64,000 nt of DNA from Bigelowiella natans CCMP2755 (taxonomy: Eukaryota > Protista > Cercozoa). The DNA is taken from the NCBI GenBank assembly GCA_000320545.1, contig ADNK01000023.1:62001-126000 (forward strand). The letters are read 5' to 3'. Positions 41,468 through 56,143 of this stretch are shown here, piece after piece; position 1 is the stretch's first letter, and each line of letters begins with the position of its first letter. The position numbers and the translations under genes were made by a program. The notes under the pieces were generated by a model. The model did not search any database. It saw nothing but the letters and a program-made list of their open reading frames with translations, and was not told the origin of the DNA.

Positions 41468-41899
41468 TGTACATCCTCGTGCATCACTCTACTATCCTCT
41501 TCCGAGCCTCCATACATTACATTTGGAGTAAGAGGCCGCTAGAGTAGTAAGACTAAGCCTCTCACCCGGCCTTCGTTTTCCATGCAGCAGGAGACGAATG
41601 AAGCGAAGTTGTCAGTGGATATTCCGACGTCAAACAAGAAGCAGATCAAAGTAACGAGTAAGAAGACCGCGACAACACGGAGCAGGGGTGATAGGAGGGA
41701 AAGGACAAATCTGACAGCAGCAACAAGTGGGGAGAATAAGGAGACCACCTTACCAAGTGCTGCTGCCCCTGATGATCTGCAAGCGAAGATGGCGAACATC
41801 AGCATTGATGGTGGTGGTGGGGGGGGAAGGGCTTCTCCCTCTTCAGACAGCGATGCTGATGATGATGCAGAGGTAATTATATATCTAATATAATATCAA

Positions 41900-41958
<59 letters not shown>

Positions 41959-43306
41959 TAGAATATTCTCGCCATCACCATCAAGTAGCAGCAGCGCCAC
42001 CGTCTATCATCATCATCACCATCATCACCATCATCATCATAACCATCATAATTCTATTAGGGACCTAAGCTCATTCAGATCCCAGAGGGCTTCAAGGTAT
42101 ATACGCTCTTGCGACAACTCACTGATCGACTGAAAGACTGTCCTACGACGCCATCCACCAATGCAACACACACCTCCACACTGGCAAATAGATAATCGTA
42201 GCGTATATATTAAAAACAACAAAAAAACCACGACGATGATCCACCATTGTTCACCGAGTTCTCATCGTGTTGATATCGTCGGTAGAAAAAGGCTAAAGGG
42301 AGACCATCACGCAATGCACGTTGGGATAGAAACCTCCCTTTTCCTAACAGCGATAGGGCTCCAAGGACTGCGGGCAAGGTGCCGATTTATTCATTCACTC
42401 GTTCATTTATGTGTCAGAGATGTAAGAGAGTTGCAAGGTCTTAAATGGTAGAAGTCATCCCAATATTATCAACGAGAACCGTCGGTGGTGCTGTCATTCT
42501 TGAGCGGCACAGTTTTGAGGGGGGGGGGGTGGGGGAAGATGCATTCTGGGGGGGGATTGGTTTGAAAAAAAAAGAAAAGTTCATGAAGAATATAGGAGGT
42601 AGGAGGAACGGGGAGGGGGACGTTCTATGCGTCTGATATGGTTCAAAACAAAAATCGTAGTCGCTGATGTTATGTTGTTGTTGTTGTTGTATTTGGTGGC
42701 TCGAATCGATCAGCATTTCAAGTCGTTCCCTGGAGACCAGCGCCTCTGGCCGAAGGACCGAAATTGGTAAGCAACTCATAAGAATTGCCGCTGCTTACGA
42801 CGCGGCAGCAGTTGTAGCAGCAGCGGCGCAAACACGGAGGGCCATTACGCGTACAGCAGAGAAGTCCGATCATTGAAACGGAGAGCTGATGAATGAATGC
42901 ATGCCTCCGGTAGGTATAGGCGCGGCCTTCTGCCGATAAATTTGTGGGATGACCTTCACCAGACTCCTGTGTCAGGGATATGGAGGGTATGTGTGTGCTT
43001 GTTCGCTGCTGCCCAGCTTATCATTCCAATGAAATCATGTATCTTCATTGAATTGAGAACAGGCGTCATCAGACTTTTAACTTATTCGTTGTTTTCATGT
43101 TGCTCCCCCATCCCACCCACCCATACACGCACGCACACAGAATTTTATGATATGATTGATTCCCATCAAGATCTTCAAGATCCTGTGGAAAAATGTCTAT
43201 CGTGTGTATACATTGGAGGGAAGAGCTTGTAGGATTTTCGTCTGAAGGGGAGGGGGGTGTGGGGGGGCAATGGTGAGGGTGCTCAATTATGCTGATTCGT
43301 TCATTG

Positions 43307-43340
<34 letters not shown>

Positions 43341-43912
43341 GCATAAGAAGAAGGCCTTGAAGAACATCCGCTCAAAAATCGAAGACGAAAAGTACCGAAA
43401 TGAGGTAGTTTATTGCCGGATGGATTTCCACCTGCAGCAGCGATTATTGAGATCGTAATATCGTGCGTCTTCTCACATATTCTCCTTCTGCTTCTTCTTG
43501 TCTTCCGCGTGTTTAATTGTATGCATGTATAGGACCTTGCTGACACGCGTCGTCAGAAACTTCAAGCACTTAGGCTCATCAAACTACAAAAGCATATGGA
43601 CAAGACGGTGATGATACGCGTGGTGTGTGCGTGTGTGCGTGTGGGCTGCATATATGTCTGCTCACGACGCTGAGCTAGATGTGTCGCCTGCTTGCAACCG
43701 CACACTTGTCGTTGTACTATCTCAGCAGCATCATCATCTTTCATCACTCACCCTTCTTCATCCGTCATATACAGGTCAGCAGGGTCGTTCTCGAGGAAAT
43801 GTCAGGTTGGCGGGCCAACACGAAAACAACAACAACAACAACACACCAAAACGGGGACAGCAGAGGATATAATTACTACAACGATCTCAAACACATCTCT
43901 ATGAAAGAGAAG

Positions 43913-43958
<46 letters not shown>

Positions 43959-44791
43959 GTAGCTTTGGATTTTGTTTCTGCACGTGTGTTCAAAACTATA
44001 ACGATGTAGATCTCCTCTGCCTCTCCAAACTCCCTGAGATCCCTCGCTCCCCCCCTCCCCCAGGCCAACTTCGACACACGCAGCCTGCTGAAACAGGGCC
44101 CATCGCTCGAGACCCACGACAAAATATGGTAACACCATACATTTGTATAATACGTGCGTGCTGTCTATTTTCCGGTCTATGTTCTCTTATATTGAAAAGA
44201 AGAAGTAAAGAACCCCAATTTAAGTACTTTCCACCCCTCTCCTCCTCTTATTTCACCGTTGCAGTCAATGTCCCGCCCCTTATCGCCAGCCGCAAGATCC
44301 GACGGTTTTCGGGTGAATATAAACAGCTTCATCAAGCATCTAATGTTTATATGCATGAGCATCATGGTCCGCAGCAGCATCATCATCATCATCATCATCG
44401 ACCACTTGTGTTACTATTTTGATAATATATTTACAATCAAACAGGGAATCCAACGCTTAAAGTCTGGCGAGATTGATCGAGAATTGGCAGATAATGTACT
44501 GCTGCTGCTGCTGCTGCTACTTGCTGGCTTACTGCTGCTATGATTGAATCTTAACAAAATTTAGTCTAGATCGAAGAATTCCAAGAATACTTCGTTTCTG
44601 ATAGGCCATGCTGCCGCATTTTATTGCTGCTGCTGTTCCTGAGCATCTCACACGCATATACACACACACACACATAAACACACACCGACGTACATAGATC
44701 TACAGCGAGCCAGCTTTGGCCATACAAGAGGATGCAACTCCTTCGATCAAGCAGCCTTATGACAGATATAAAATTATTGAACCACGGTATG

Positions 44792-44840
<49 letters not shown>

Positions 44841-45552
44841 CGCGTTGTTTGTACTAGTCGGAACATGTACACCACAAGTGCCCCCCCACAACCATCGATG
44901 TTTTTGCTGCAAACGTAAATGTGTATCTGCACGCCAACACCCCACCCCCTGCTACCCCATCACTCACAAGACTCTTTGCTTCTTACTCTTTCCAGTGTTG
45001 ATCATTTGAGTCCGATGTCACGCTCCCCGAAAGCATCGAAGGATAAGATAAAGACGTGGAGGTTAGCAGCATCCATCATGTACCGTACCATGACGTAAGA
45101 ACCGTATGCATACAACACTACCACCAGCATGAGAGAATAGGCCACCCATCTTCTTCTTCTTCTCCTTCTTCTTCTTCTTCTTCTCCTTCTTCTTCTTCTT
45201 CGTTGATATCACGTGACATTATTTGTGGATGATGATGCCGTTGTTGTTGTTGTTGTTGTTGTTGTTGCTGCTGTTGTCACCAGAACAATCAAGCACAACC
45301 CAAAATTCAACGACTGGGACCACTTCAACGGTACTTGTGTTTTAGTAATATTTCTAGATACACTAACAATAGTGTCTGTGTGTGTGTGTGTGTTTGAAAT
45401 TCAGCTTGACAATATTTTCCCTTCCATACACACGCTGCATATTCTCACTGGCCCACGCTCGCAAGTGCATGCAGCTAACACAAACTGCATGATGTGCTTT
45501 TGTAGGAATAACTATGAAGCGTCTCAAACAAGCTGTGCTACCAACTAAGGTA

Positions 45553-45592
<40 letters not shown>

Positions 45593-47318
45593 CCTCTCTC
45601 TCCCCCCTTATCATATTCATGAATATAAAATGCCTATAAAATACATGTAATATTATACATGTATATAACCTCCTCTTCTTTCACATAAACAACAGGATAA
45701 GTGGGCCATTGAGAAGATACAAGCGAGGCAGCATGCTCTAGCCCTCCAGGAAGATGACGTAATCAGAAGGAGGGAAGAGGTGATAAGTTGCATGGAGATA
45801 TTTGTACGTTCATTAGCATTTCTTCCGCTCCTTGTAATCATCCGCCTCCCCCCCCCCGGCCCACTCTATTTATCCTGCAGAGCATCAAGGCTACCAGGAA
45901 GAAATTCTATGACAGACAATTGGAAAACTTCAACAAGGTCTTCTTCGACTTCGTAGTTGCTGCTGCTCATGCGGATATGAGCTGTACAAGCACTGAAGCA
46001 GACATCAAGGAGATAGGAAGGGGGAATGGAATTTGGAGGGGGGGGGGGGGGGGGGGAGGAATGAGTCATCGGTCCATCTTCGATGTCGGCCCCTGTTGTG
46101 TACAATTATATGCCTATTGCTCCTCCACCCTTCTCCATTGTGCGAAAAACGCGGTTTCTCACGACACGATTTGCCTCTGCGCGTCGTTGATTGTGCGTAC
46201 GGATTGTGTGGGTTGTTAGGAGGTGGAACTGAACCCTTTCGGGACTTCGCGCCCGCCAACCGCCCGGATAGAAAGCGACGATGATCGGCAGCGAGCCATG
46301 CTTGCGAGTTGCAGCCCTTGTCTCTCGCAGCTAGCATCACCCAAGGAGAGACGGGAGGTGAGGAGAATGAGGGGGGGGGAGGAGGAGGAGGAGGAGGAGA
46401 GTGTTTTGGCAAAAAATCGTGAAAAGTAGTCTCATAACCGTACGCAGTTGTTGGAAAGTCTATTTGCGACGGGTTTTTGTTTGTATTTCTAGTTATTTTA
46501 CTCTCTCTTTCTATCTCCCTCCCCCTCCCCTTAACGCACACACAGTATCACCCGGAGCTGCCTTACGATCACCTGGATATGAGCGGCATGGTACGATGAT
46601 GATGAAGAAGACGATGATGATGATGATGATAGCAGAATAATAGTTAATCATAGAAGAACGTTTGGGAAGAAAAACATGTAGTTTTTGCTAGCGGTGTCGC
46701 GTGCAACAAGCCGTCGCTGCTGTTCGGTTCGATTCAGGAATATTGTGTCTCCTTTTTTTTGAATACGGATCCGCATTATCCCCCTCCCCCCCCCCCCCCC
46801 CCAAAACCCAAACATTTGGGATTGTTTTTTCGATCGAAATACATAATAACTGGGAAAATCTTACGAAAAATAAGGGGTACAAGCACGCGGACTATCAGCA
46901 GAAGGAAAATCCAGAATATATTGAAGACCGTGATAGGTGCCCTACCATATGCCATTCGTCGTTGCAATCACGAGGCTTTGTTTGGTCCTTTTCCCCAAAA
47001 AACAAGAAGAAAAGTTTCCAGGCCCTTTTTTTCCCCCCCCCCCCCCCCCCCCCCCCTCCCCCCACCTGCGCTCTGATGACAAAAGCATATTGCCCAACTT
47101 CAACAACAACAACAACCGCATTCAGGAGAATAATCGAGATAGCTCGCAAGGCCAATACGTACCGCACTCGCCCCCAGACAGCGATTGCTGCGCTCAATCC
47201 AATCCGAACGATTCCCCCAAGAAGGAGAGACGTCATGGAGGCCCACGCTCTGCACGCAGACATAGAGCAATTCGAGGCGAGTATAGAAGGCAGGCAGATT
47301 ACTTGTCGGGACTATTGA
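39300..47318 (+). CDS. Large hypothetical protein with more than 20 short exons; no family recognised, start uncertain
   Basis: A chain of plus-strand GT-AG exons between microsatellite-rich introns (e.g. HKKKALKNIRSKIEDEKYRNE, DKWAIEKIQARQHALALQEDDVIRRREE, SIKATRKKFYDRQLENFNK), ending ..IEGRQITCRDY* at 47318. It may be more than one gene. Confidence 0.45.
40252..40339. repeat. Intronic (CT)n-(GT)n-(GA)n microsatellite; the flanking arms are mutually complementary
   Basis: A (CT) run and a (GA) run separated by a short GT spacer form a potential long hairpin. Confidence 0.9.
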
Positions 47319-48537
47319 TTCTCGATGCTGCGGACGCTGCTGCCACAAGCCCTTCACCTTAGTTCACTTTTTACGTGGATGATAGCACTCGCACTGACCA
47401 CCATCACCCGCATTATATACCACACGCGTATCTGAATGACGTGCCTTTCAAGGCCTAGCGATTATGTAGCAAAGGCAATGATAATAAGCGTGTCGTTCGT
47501 TTACATCTAGATACGCGCACAGCTAGACAGACACGAATACTATTATATATATATATATATATATATATTGGTTGGTGTACATAGGCATTGTGAATATCGC
47601 TTTCATATCCTTGTTTTAAGTATAAAGGGGAAAATGTAGTCGCAGTCATTAAACATTCTGTGCTTATGATAACAATCTAGTATTACCGCAACGCATTGCT
47701 GTCGTACGCGCCCGTTTATTTGTTCCCTGTGTAATTAGCAACGGCTGTAAGCTAGTAAGCTGTGGTATATGCAATGTGTGCGTAATGTAATTTAAGCTAC
47801 CATGCATCACATCACTGTGGTATCTGCACACTGACCATTAAAGATATTTAAATCATTCATTGTATATGTCTCGTATACTGCTCTAGCAGCACAGAGACGT
47901 ATGCATGCAATCGTAAGAGACAACGTTGACACTCGCATGCATCGCATAGATGCAGCGTGTGCGGATAATTTTTTCGTTTGTTTCCCATTGTTTGTCTAGA
48001 TCATGGGACAGCTGCCTACCTAGCTAGACAGATGTAAGACGGATCGATGCAATCAATGAATTAGGGTTATTAGTATAAATTTGTTCAATAGTCATCCTTA
48101 TGTAGCTGTGCAATGCAGCGGCTATGCTACAGACGGGTGTAATGACATGTTCATGTTTTCACGATTAATAAATCCTAGAATCTTTTTTTTGATAATCATC
48201 CTGATGTAGCTACATGCACAAAGCTTGTTTATAAGAGTCTATATCAGCCTTATATATAGGGAGCTGGCGATGCCACCGCGTTTGCACTTCTGTGCGTGTG
48301 GTTGCGCAATGACGATATCGCGCAGCAAGTCACTGCTGATATGCATGCTGTTATTGTGCGTCCGCGGCCGGGACCGATCAAACCGAATCGCCGCGAGAGG
48401 CGAACATACATGACTAGCTAGCTAGCATTATTATTCCATACTTCTTATGCCCAACTATTCACAGCAGAATGTATATGGAGCACATGTAGTCTTTTAACAT
48501 TAAGCAACACGCGTTCAACGCAATAATAAACAGGGGC

Positions 48538-49131
48538 CTACGGCGAGATGAAGAAGTAGTCGATCCAGTACCACACGAAGATGGAGCTCGCTCCGACGAG
48601 GATGTTCTTGCCTTGACCGCAGACTAGCTTGTCAAAGCGGCCCCAAAGCGTCATCAGCGGCTGCACCACCTTCGAGACATGCCGCGCCATGCCCATCATG
48701 CTCTTCAGCTTCGCTTCGTCCATGTCCGCCATCATATCGAGCCGCGCCGCCAGGTCCTCCTTGGACATCCCAGCCATGGCGGGGTTGGAGCGCATCATCG
48801 TTTCGAACATCGCCGGGTTGTTCTTCAGCATGTCGCGCTGCATCTGCATCATGGCTTTCAGCTGCTTTCCGTCCATGTTCTCCATCATCTTGAGCGCCTG
48901 AGCCTGCTGGGAGGCCATACCGCCGCCCCCCCCCGGTGCTGCTGCTCCTCCTGGTGGTGGTATGAAGGGAGAGGAGGTGGAGGAGGAAGAGGCTACATTG
49001 CTACTGCTACTGCTGCTGCTATTACTCGTCGTAGCTGGTACGGCGCTACTCGTTGACGCTAAGAGGGAGGAGGGAGGAGAGTTTCTCAGTAAGCAGAGGA
49101 GTCATACATAATAAATATATTGGGAGAGAGA

Positions 49132-49169
<38 letters not shown>

Positions 49170-49463
49170 AGAAATAGAAGGGAAAGCAAGGCGGCAAGAG
49201 AGGAAGAGGAGGAGGAAGGATGGGGAGGATATGATATATTTCTACCTGTTTTGGAATCAGAAGACGATGACGGTGCTGGGACTCCTCCCCCTCCCATCAT
49301 CTGTTTCATCTTGGTCAGGTTTGCGAGCTGCTCTGGCGTCATGTCCTTCATCATCTCTGCCGCCATTTTCATCTGCACCTTCGCTTGCTCAGGGTTCGCC
49401 GCCATGCGTTCCATCGCCTCGGCTCCTGACATATGACAAGGGATAATGCACACACAATCACAA

Positions 49464-49501
<38 letters not shown>

Positions 49502-51337
49502 ACACACACTGACTGAACCGTCCATCGGAGCTTGGTTTTGGATGTTGATGTCGGTGTTTGGGTTTGTTGTTGCTGCTTATTGTATGTTATGATGGATGAT
49601 GATGATGGCCCCTCGATGCTGCCGGCGGCTATCAGCACCTCACATTGAGTACCACCGCCACGTAAACGTACACTTGCTGATGCTTCTGCTACTACTACTA
49701 CAATGACTAATATGATGATGGTTGGATATGATTGTGCTGTCTAATAGTACTACTATACTACTACTACTCCTACTACTACTACTACTACCCATTCGTATCT
49801 GCTCATCGGTCATGTGCGCCATGGCTGGGTTCAAACTTCTGAGCTGATCTGGTGTCATCGACTTCATCATAGAAGCCTGCATCTTCATCTGTTCAGGAGT
49901 CATGTTGGCCATATGCTGGCTTGCCTGCCGAAGGTCCGGCTTGGAAGGGGGGAGGGGGGGAGGGGGTTGCGAAGAGGAGATGAGGGGAACGCTTATTACA
50001 ACAAAGTAATACTAATGAAAAAAGTAATGATAGTAACTATAGCAGGGGTAAATGATGAGACACAAAAACCTAGAAACCGTACAGCAGCAGCAGCAGCAGC
50101 AGCAGGAGGAGGAGGAGGAGGATATAAACACATACATATAGTCCATACATGCACACATTGGATATCACAACCACGATCCCAATCACCCCCCTCCTTCCCA
50201 CAGCCAGAACTACATGCATGACGACGACGACGACGACGAGTCGTTGTGAGTCGTCGTGAAAGAAATTAATTGAAAGATGTGCTTCTGGCGTGCTACTACC
50301 TTTGTTCCTGCAACGAACGGGGAGGAGGAGGAAGAGGAGGAGGAGGAGGAAGAAGGGATAGAGCTCCTATTCTTTCCCTCCTTAGAGTCCGATAGCCTTG
50401 CACCTACTTTGCCCCCCCCTTTCTTGTCGCTCTTCCAGTCATCGTTCACCTCCTCCACTGACACCCCACCCCCTCTCCTCTTTCCTCCTTCCTTGAGATC
50501 TGGTTTATCCTTAGAATCATCATCTTCTTCGTCATCGTCCAAAAAGTATATCTCTCTGTCATCGTCGTTGGTGGCAGCATTCTTCCCATCGGTTGTGCTG
50601 CTGCTACGAGCATCTTTGCAATGCTTCTTGACTAAGCTAACCATCTCGCTTTTCTCCGTTACGCCTTTATAGTCGACGCTAGCAGCTTCGAGCAACCGCC
50701 TTAGCTCGCGGATTGACAGCGACGCTGGATCGCTTGTGTATGATGGCAATGACGACGAGGAGGTATTGGTAGTTGTAGTAGAAGAAGAAGAAGGTGCTGA
50801 CGTCGAAGTATTCTTTTTCGTGCTCTTACTAGGTGTACCAGGACTGGCTTCGGCTTCTTTTCCTTCTTCTGCGGGGGTTGTTGATTCCTTGGCTGCTTTT
50901 GGTTTCAGCTTTTCGAGAAGCGCTTTACACTTTTGCGAAGAAGGGTCAAGCTGGAGAGCCTTCTCTAAATCAACCACAGCACTTGTGTAGTCGCCCTCCC
51001 CTCCTCGCTTCTCTCGAGCTGTAGCGCGGCGGAAGTAGGCTTTCACGTTAGGTCGGTCGTGAATCACTGCCGTGCACTCACGTATGGCCTTCTTATAGTT
51101 CTTGAGCTGCAGATGGCAGGCAGCGGCGTTCAGATGGCATGCTTCGCGCAGCTTGCTCACAGCCTCCTTATCGTAGGACCTTTTGCATCGAAGTTCAGCA
51201 AACAGTAAATGAACGAGAATGACAACCAATGTCAGAAGTATACTTCCAAGATAGGTTTGGTGCACGAAGAACCCAACTGCGACAGCAATCAGGATCGATA
51301 GGTGGATGTGACATGTATGGATAATGATGATGCTGAA

Positions 51338-51370
<33 letters not shown>

Positions 51371-52093
51371 TAACAGATCCTTCTTACGGTTTGTGGTTGT
51401 ACAATGTACTAAGTGTCGACGAATAGTTTAGACCCTAGTATCACCCTAAATATTACCTTTTCGAGTCCTCCATTCCATCCAGCACAAGGAAAGCGTCCTC
51501 ATACTTATCAAGGGCCTTCACAAAATCCTTCTTTTTGTGGAACTCGACGCCTTCTTCTTTACATTTCTGCGCCTCGCGTGCTTGCCCTGTGAGGGGTGCA
51601 GATGGCTTGGAAGACGAAGAGGAGGAGGAAGGCGAAGTGCTGCTCCCTGTTGCTCCCCCCCCGCGCATAGTCTTGGCCGCATTTGAAAGCTGTTCGGGTG
51701 TCATATTCTTGAATTGTTCAGTGGCCATCTTCATCATGGCAGGGTTGTCCTGCATCATTTTCATGGCATTCTGCATCATCGCTGGATCCATTCCCATAGC
51801 ATTCATCCTAAGAGGAGGGTGAGACGACAACACATTACGTTATTTCAGGTCATCATTCCCCTGAAATAGACCCTACTAAATATAAAACTAAATGCTAAAG
51901 GAAGAAAGAGCGGTGTGTTCTTGGCACTTCCTTCACAGCTCCATCAACACACGTTCATTTGATTGGTGCTACGACTTCGTACGCACCCTGCATAGTTATT
52001 CTGCGCGTTCCTCATCTGTTCCTGCATTTGTTCCGGAGTCATATTCTTCATCTGCTCCTGCGCCATCCGAAGCTGCTCCGGAGTGAAATTCAT
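48538..52093 (-). CDS. OEP61/TPR7-like tail-anchored TPR chaperone receptor with Met-rich STI1-like repeats
   Basis: Starts MNFTPEQLRMAQEQMKNMTPEQ with MTPEQ/NPAM repeats; clamp-type TPR (KCKEEGVEFHKKKDF, CHLNAAACHLQLKNY, KAYFRRATA); SAP/ARMET-C-like LSIRELRRLLEAASVDYKGVTEKSEMV; C-terminal hydrophobic tail ILVGASSIFVWYWIDYFF. Confidence 0.72.
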
Positions 52094-52642
52094 GGTGACC
52101 AGGGAGCTGGAGTAGGAGAGAGGGAAGGTGGCGAATGTTTCTGTGATTCGTAGGCTGACGAAGTTACTCCGATACTTTTCAGACAATATATCCCTTTTAT
52201 TAGCAGTGTCGCTAATGTATAAAATAAGTCCTTGCATTATGTTTTTGGATATATCTGTATGTCGTATTTGATAATTAGAGACACCTGACCCTCCGCTCGG
52301 ATCAAGTAGCTCTGAATTTCTTTGGACGACAACGATTCCCAGACCGGCTTTTTGGTATTCCGCTATTTGGAAGACACCCGTCCATGTCGCAATCAGTAAA
52401 CCAAATGAAAATATTTATACGCGACAATCCAATATGCCACGGGGGTCTTTCTCCTCTCTCCTCAAGTAGCATTGCAAACGAGGCAAAACATTGCGATCTC
52501 AGATGTGAGACAACTTCTTCTCCGTCCTGATTATTCGCCGGGGATTCGAGATTCGGAGAGATCTCTTGGTAATCGTCTCCAGGATTCTCTGGGAACGTCC
52601 CGTTTGACAAAAAGACACAAGTCCGAACTGACTCACTCCACC
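52094..52642. promoter_or_regulatory. Putative bidirectional promoter shared by the OEP61-like and pheA-like genes
   Basis: 549 bp between two well-supported divergent ATGs. Confidence 0.45.
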
Positions 52643-54686
52643 ATGGCCTCCGTCGGTTCTACGAAGCCCGCAGACTCAAGGGTCTCTGCAGACAGGAGCC
52701 AGGACCTTCCGGCGCTTGGAGACCTGAGGAAGAAGATTGATGAGTGCGATCGGGCCATTATCAAGCTCCTGAACGACAGGATGAAGGTCCTCCACCGCCC
52801 CCCCGATCGTTTTGTTTACGTACCTTGCTCAGCGTGTTTGACCCATCGATTTTCCAGGTTTGTCAGATGATCGGACAAGCGAAAGGGCGCATGATGGTAG
52901 AATCGCACTCTTTGTTTGATTCTTTCATGACGCTGACCAATACGTGTTCCTTATCGATGAAAAGGCCATGGAAAGCAAAGAAGCCCTATCCAAGGAGGAA
53001 GAAAAGAAGCAAGTCTATCGCCCCGCGAGAGAGAAGTTAGTATTCGATAAGGTAGAAGACCAACAGAAGGAGTATCCTATACCGCATTGCTCAATTTATG
53101 ACATGCAGTCTGCTACTACTACAGGTAGCACGTATAAATGGCCACATGCCTGGGCCGTTGACTGACACAGCAGTCCGAGCGATTTACAGAGAAGTATCAT
53201 ACGCACATGCATTGAAGAGAGATATGCGCTGCTATTAAATCTTTGGTGATGTAGAATCCGAATGCTCACACACTGTGGTGTGGTGGAATCATTGATCTGG
53301 CATTGTACTTCGCTCGGCATCCTATTTTCTGAGCAGCACCCCTCCCTGACGATTTTGCCTTAACATTAAAAAGGTGATGTCGTGCTCGATAAACTTGCAG
53401 CAGCCGACAACGATTGGGTAGCAATGTTTGCACATTTTCTGAACATCTACATCCACATCTTATCCCTGGCTACTACTACTACTACTACTACTATTACTAC
53501 TACCACACTGTGGATGCATCAGGTGCAGCGTGTGTTGCTGCTGCACACATAATGATAATTCTAATAATAATTCTAACAATAATAATTTTATCCCACACGC
53601 CTGCAAGTGCGCGCTCACACGTGTGAGAACTTTCTTCTTTTCATTCACAGATATCTAGGACCTCCCGCTTCCTCGAGCCATGTGGTAAGCCCCCCCCCCT
53701 CGTCTAGAGCTAGTAACACCCTACCTACGCAGGATCCGTATTGATGATTTAACAATGTCATTTCTTTCTTCCTTATCATCCTCTCACCCATCAAATCGGA
53801 ATAGGCCGCAGTAAATCGCTTCGGAGCCTCCATGGCATTTCGAGCCATAAGTTCCACGGCAGATATCCTGTCGCTTGTTGAGAACGGCGCAATCAGCTAC
53901 GGTGTCATTCCGATCGGAAACTCTCACGCGGTAATACTACTACTACTAACTAGTAGTAGTTAGCAGTTGTAGTTGTAGGAGTAAAAGTAGTCGTATGGTA
54001 GTCGTAGTAGTCGGTAGGAGTGATATTGCAGCAGCAAGCAATCCGCGTTGTGGAGGACAAATGTGATGATGCATGCATGATCTTCTCTTGTTTGCTTTAG
54101 GGATTGGAGTCTAACACTCTTGATGAGCTAGCTAAGTAACTGCTACTAGTAGTAGTAGTAGCAGCAGTAGTGTAGTAGTGGTAGTAGTAGTAGCAGTAGT
54201 AGTAGTAGTAGCACATGTGGGAGAACGAGAGAAAGAAAGAAAGAACAACTCAGAGAAAGAGGGAGAGACGGCGAAGAAGCAGCAGAAGAAGAAGCAGAAG
54301 AAGATAGTATTACATTCGGCAACACTACTACTATTCCCGTGAACAACTCATTCTTATTCTTGTTATCGCACTACCAACCCCACTACTACTTACTACTGCT
54401 GCTACTATTACGACCACATCACGTGGCTTTTACCAGCACCCAGATGAAGATCTATGCGGAAATCGAGATACCATTATCGTTTGCTCTGCTTTCGTACGTT
54501 AAGGTGGGTGGGGACATACAGCGCGAGTAGTGATAACTACCGCTGCTACTGCTGCTGTTGTTGCTGCTGCTGACAAGTTTGTATTGTTCCTTGTCCCTAT
54601 TGGATGATGATGATTTGGGCAGTCGAAGACGGAGATCGCCACTGTGTATGGTAGCCAGGTAAAGAGGCGCATGATGATGCTGCTAC

Positions 54687-54718
<32 letters not shown>

Positions 54719-55796
54719 GCAAGGATTTTTGATAAGGATGCTAGAAGTGGCAGTACTGCTGCTGCTGGTGTTGTCTTGTAGCATACTATGACGCAAGGCT
54801 GAATATAGAATGATGTTTCGAACCTTGTTACTCTTCGGATAAAGTAGTCTGAAGTACGATGATGGAAATTGACATAAACAACCATTTGAGTAGCATCCAT
54901 ACAGTGTTTTGTATGCGTGTGTGGGCCGATGTAAGATGTATGTTGGCGTGCCTACCGTACGTGCATATTCCACAGGCACTCCTTCTCCAATGCAAGAAAT
55001 GGTTGACGATCAATGTGCCGGAGGCCCGTCTCGTTGTGTGCAGTAGGTACCATATAGTCTCATATTATATATCATAATTGATACATACGTCGTTGAGTAT
55101 TACGTGCATGAGCATGAATGGCATACTGAGCGGGGGGGGGGGGGTGAGTGGGAGAGTCGAACGTGGCGTAAGCATTGATACACCTTCTTCTGAGATGGCT
55201 AGCATCGTCATTGTCGCCTTCATCATCAGCGCTGTAGTTAAGTCATTATCAGCATCATCGTCGTTATCCTGAAACGCGCTCTGCACATTTTCGTCATGTT
55301 CGCCCTGTTGTTCTGCCTTTTGTGATGCTGGCTTCCTTCAGCACTGAGGATGCGTGCAAAAGAGTGAAGGAGGCAAGGGCGGGGGGCGATGCAGAAAAGA
55401 AGGGATCTGCTGCCGTGGGGACGCTGTATGTCATTCGAGAAAGAAAAATAAGAAGATGTGGTACAGTGATGGGCGAAGAATCGGAAGAACAGCAAGATGG
55501 ATCATCATGAGACGGACCAAGCACTTACCTTTATTTATCATAACGCCAGACTCGCAAGTGACATAACCGGTATTCCAATTATAGACGAGCACATGGAAGA
55601 TCGGGTACTGTCTATGCAGGATGATAGCACGAAAATATCCATGTTTCCACCATACTGATGGTGTGTGTTTCAACCTCTGCATGAATCATCCTTCTATTGC
55701 AACGTCACGCATCAATCCATGGGGAAAACAGCATCGACTCAAATCCTGTGACTTCATCCGATAACTTGTTGCTGTTCCTCCCTCACCACACACACA

Positions 55797-55837
<41 letters not shown>

Positions 55838-56105
55838 ATGTGCACATTAGGCCTCTACGTCGAGATTCTTCGTCATCAGTCAAGTATGCGAGCCACCATC
55901 TGGTGAGGACAAGACGTTTGTTATCTTCAGCCTGAAAGACACGCAGGTGGGTTGGTATCTATCACACGCACCTATTACTACTACTACTGCTACTACTACT
56001 ACTACTACTACTACAGAGTGTCTAAGGAGAGTGCGTATCAGAGTGTCTATGGATAGTTCGCATCCTTCTGCTGTCTGTCATCTTCCATCTGTTGGTGCGA
56101 TGATC

Positions 56106-56143
<38 letters not shown>

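Noticed and set aside
48061-48069. TTAGGG telomere-like word
   Set aside because: A single copy, expected by chance.
52472-52642. N-terminal extension (targeting peptide) of the pheA-like protein
   Set aside because: It begins at TTG with no in-frame ATG and no hydrophobic signal; the ATG at 52643 has a good context (ccaccATGG).
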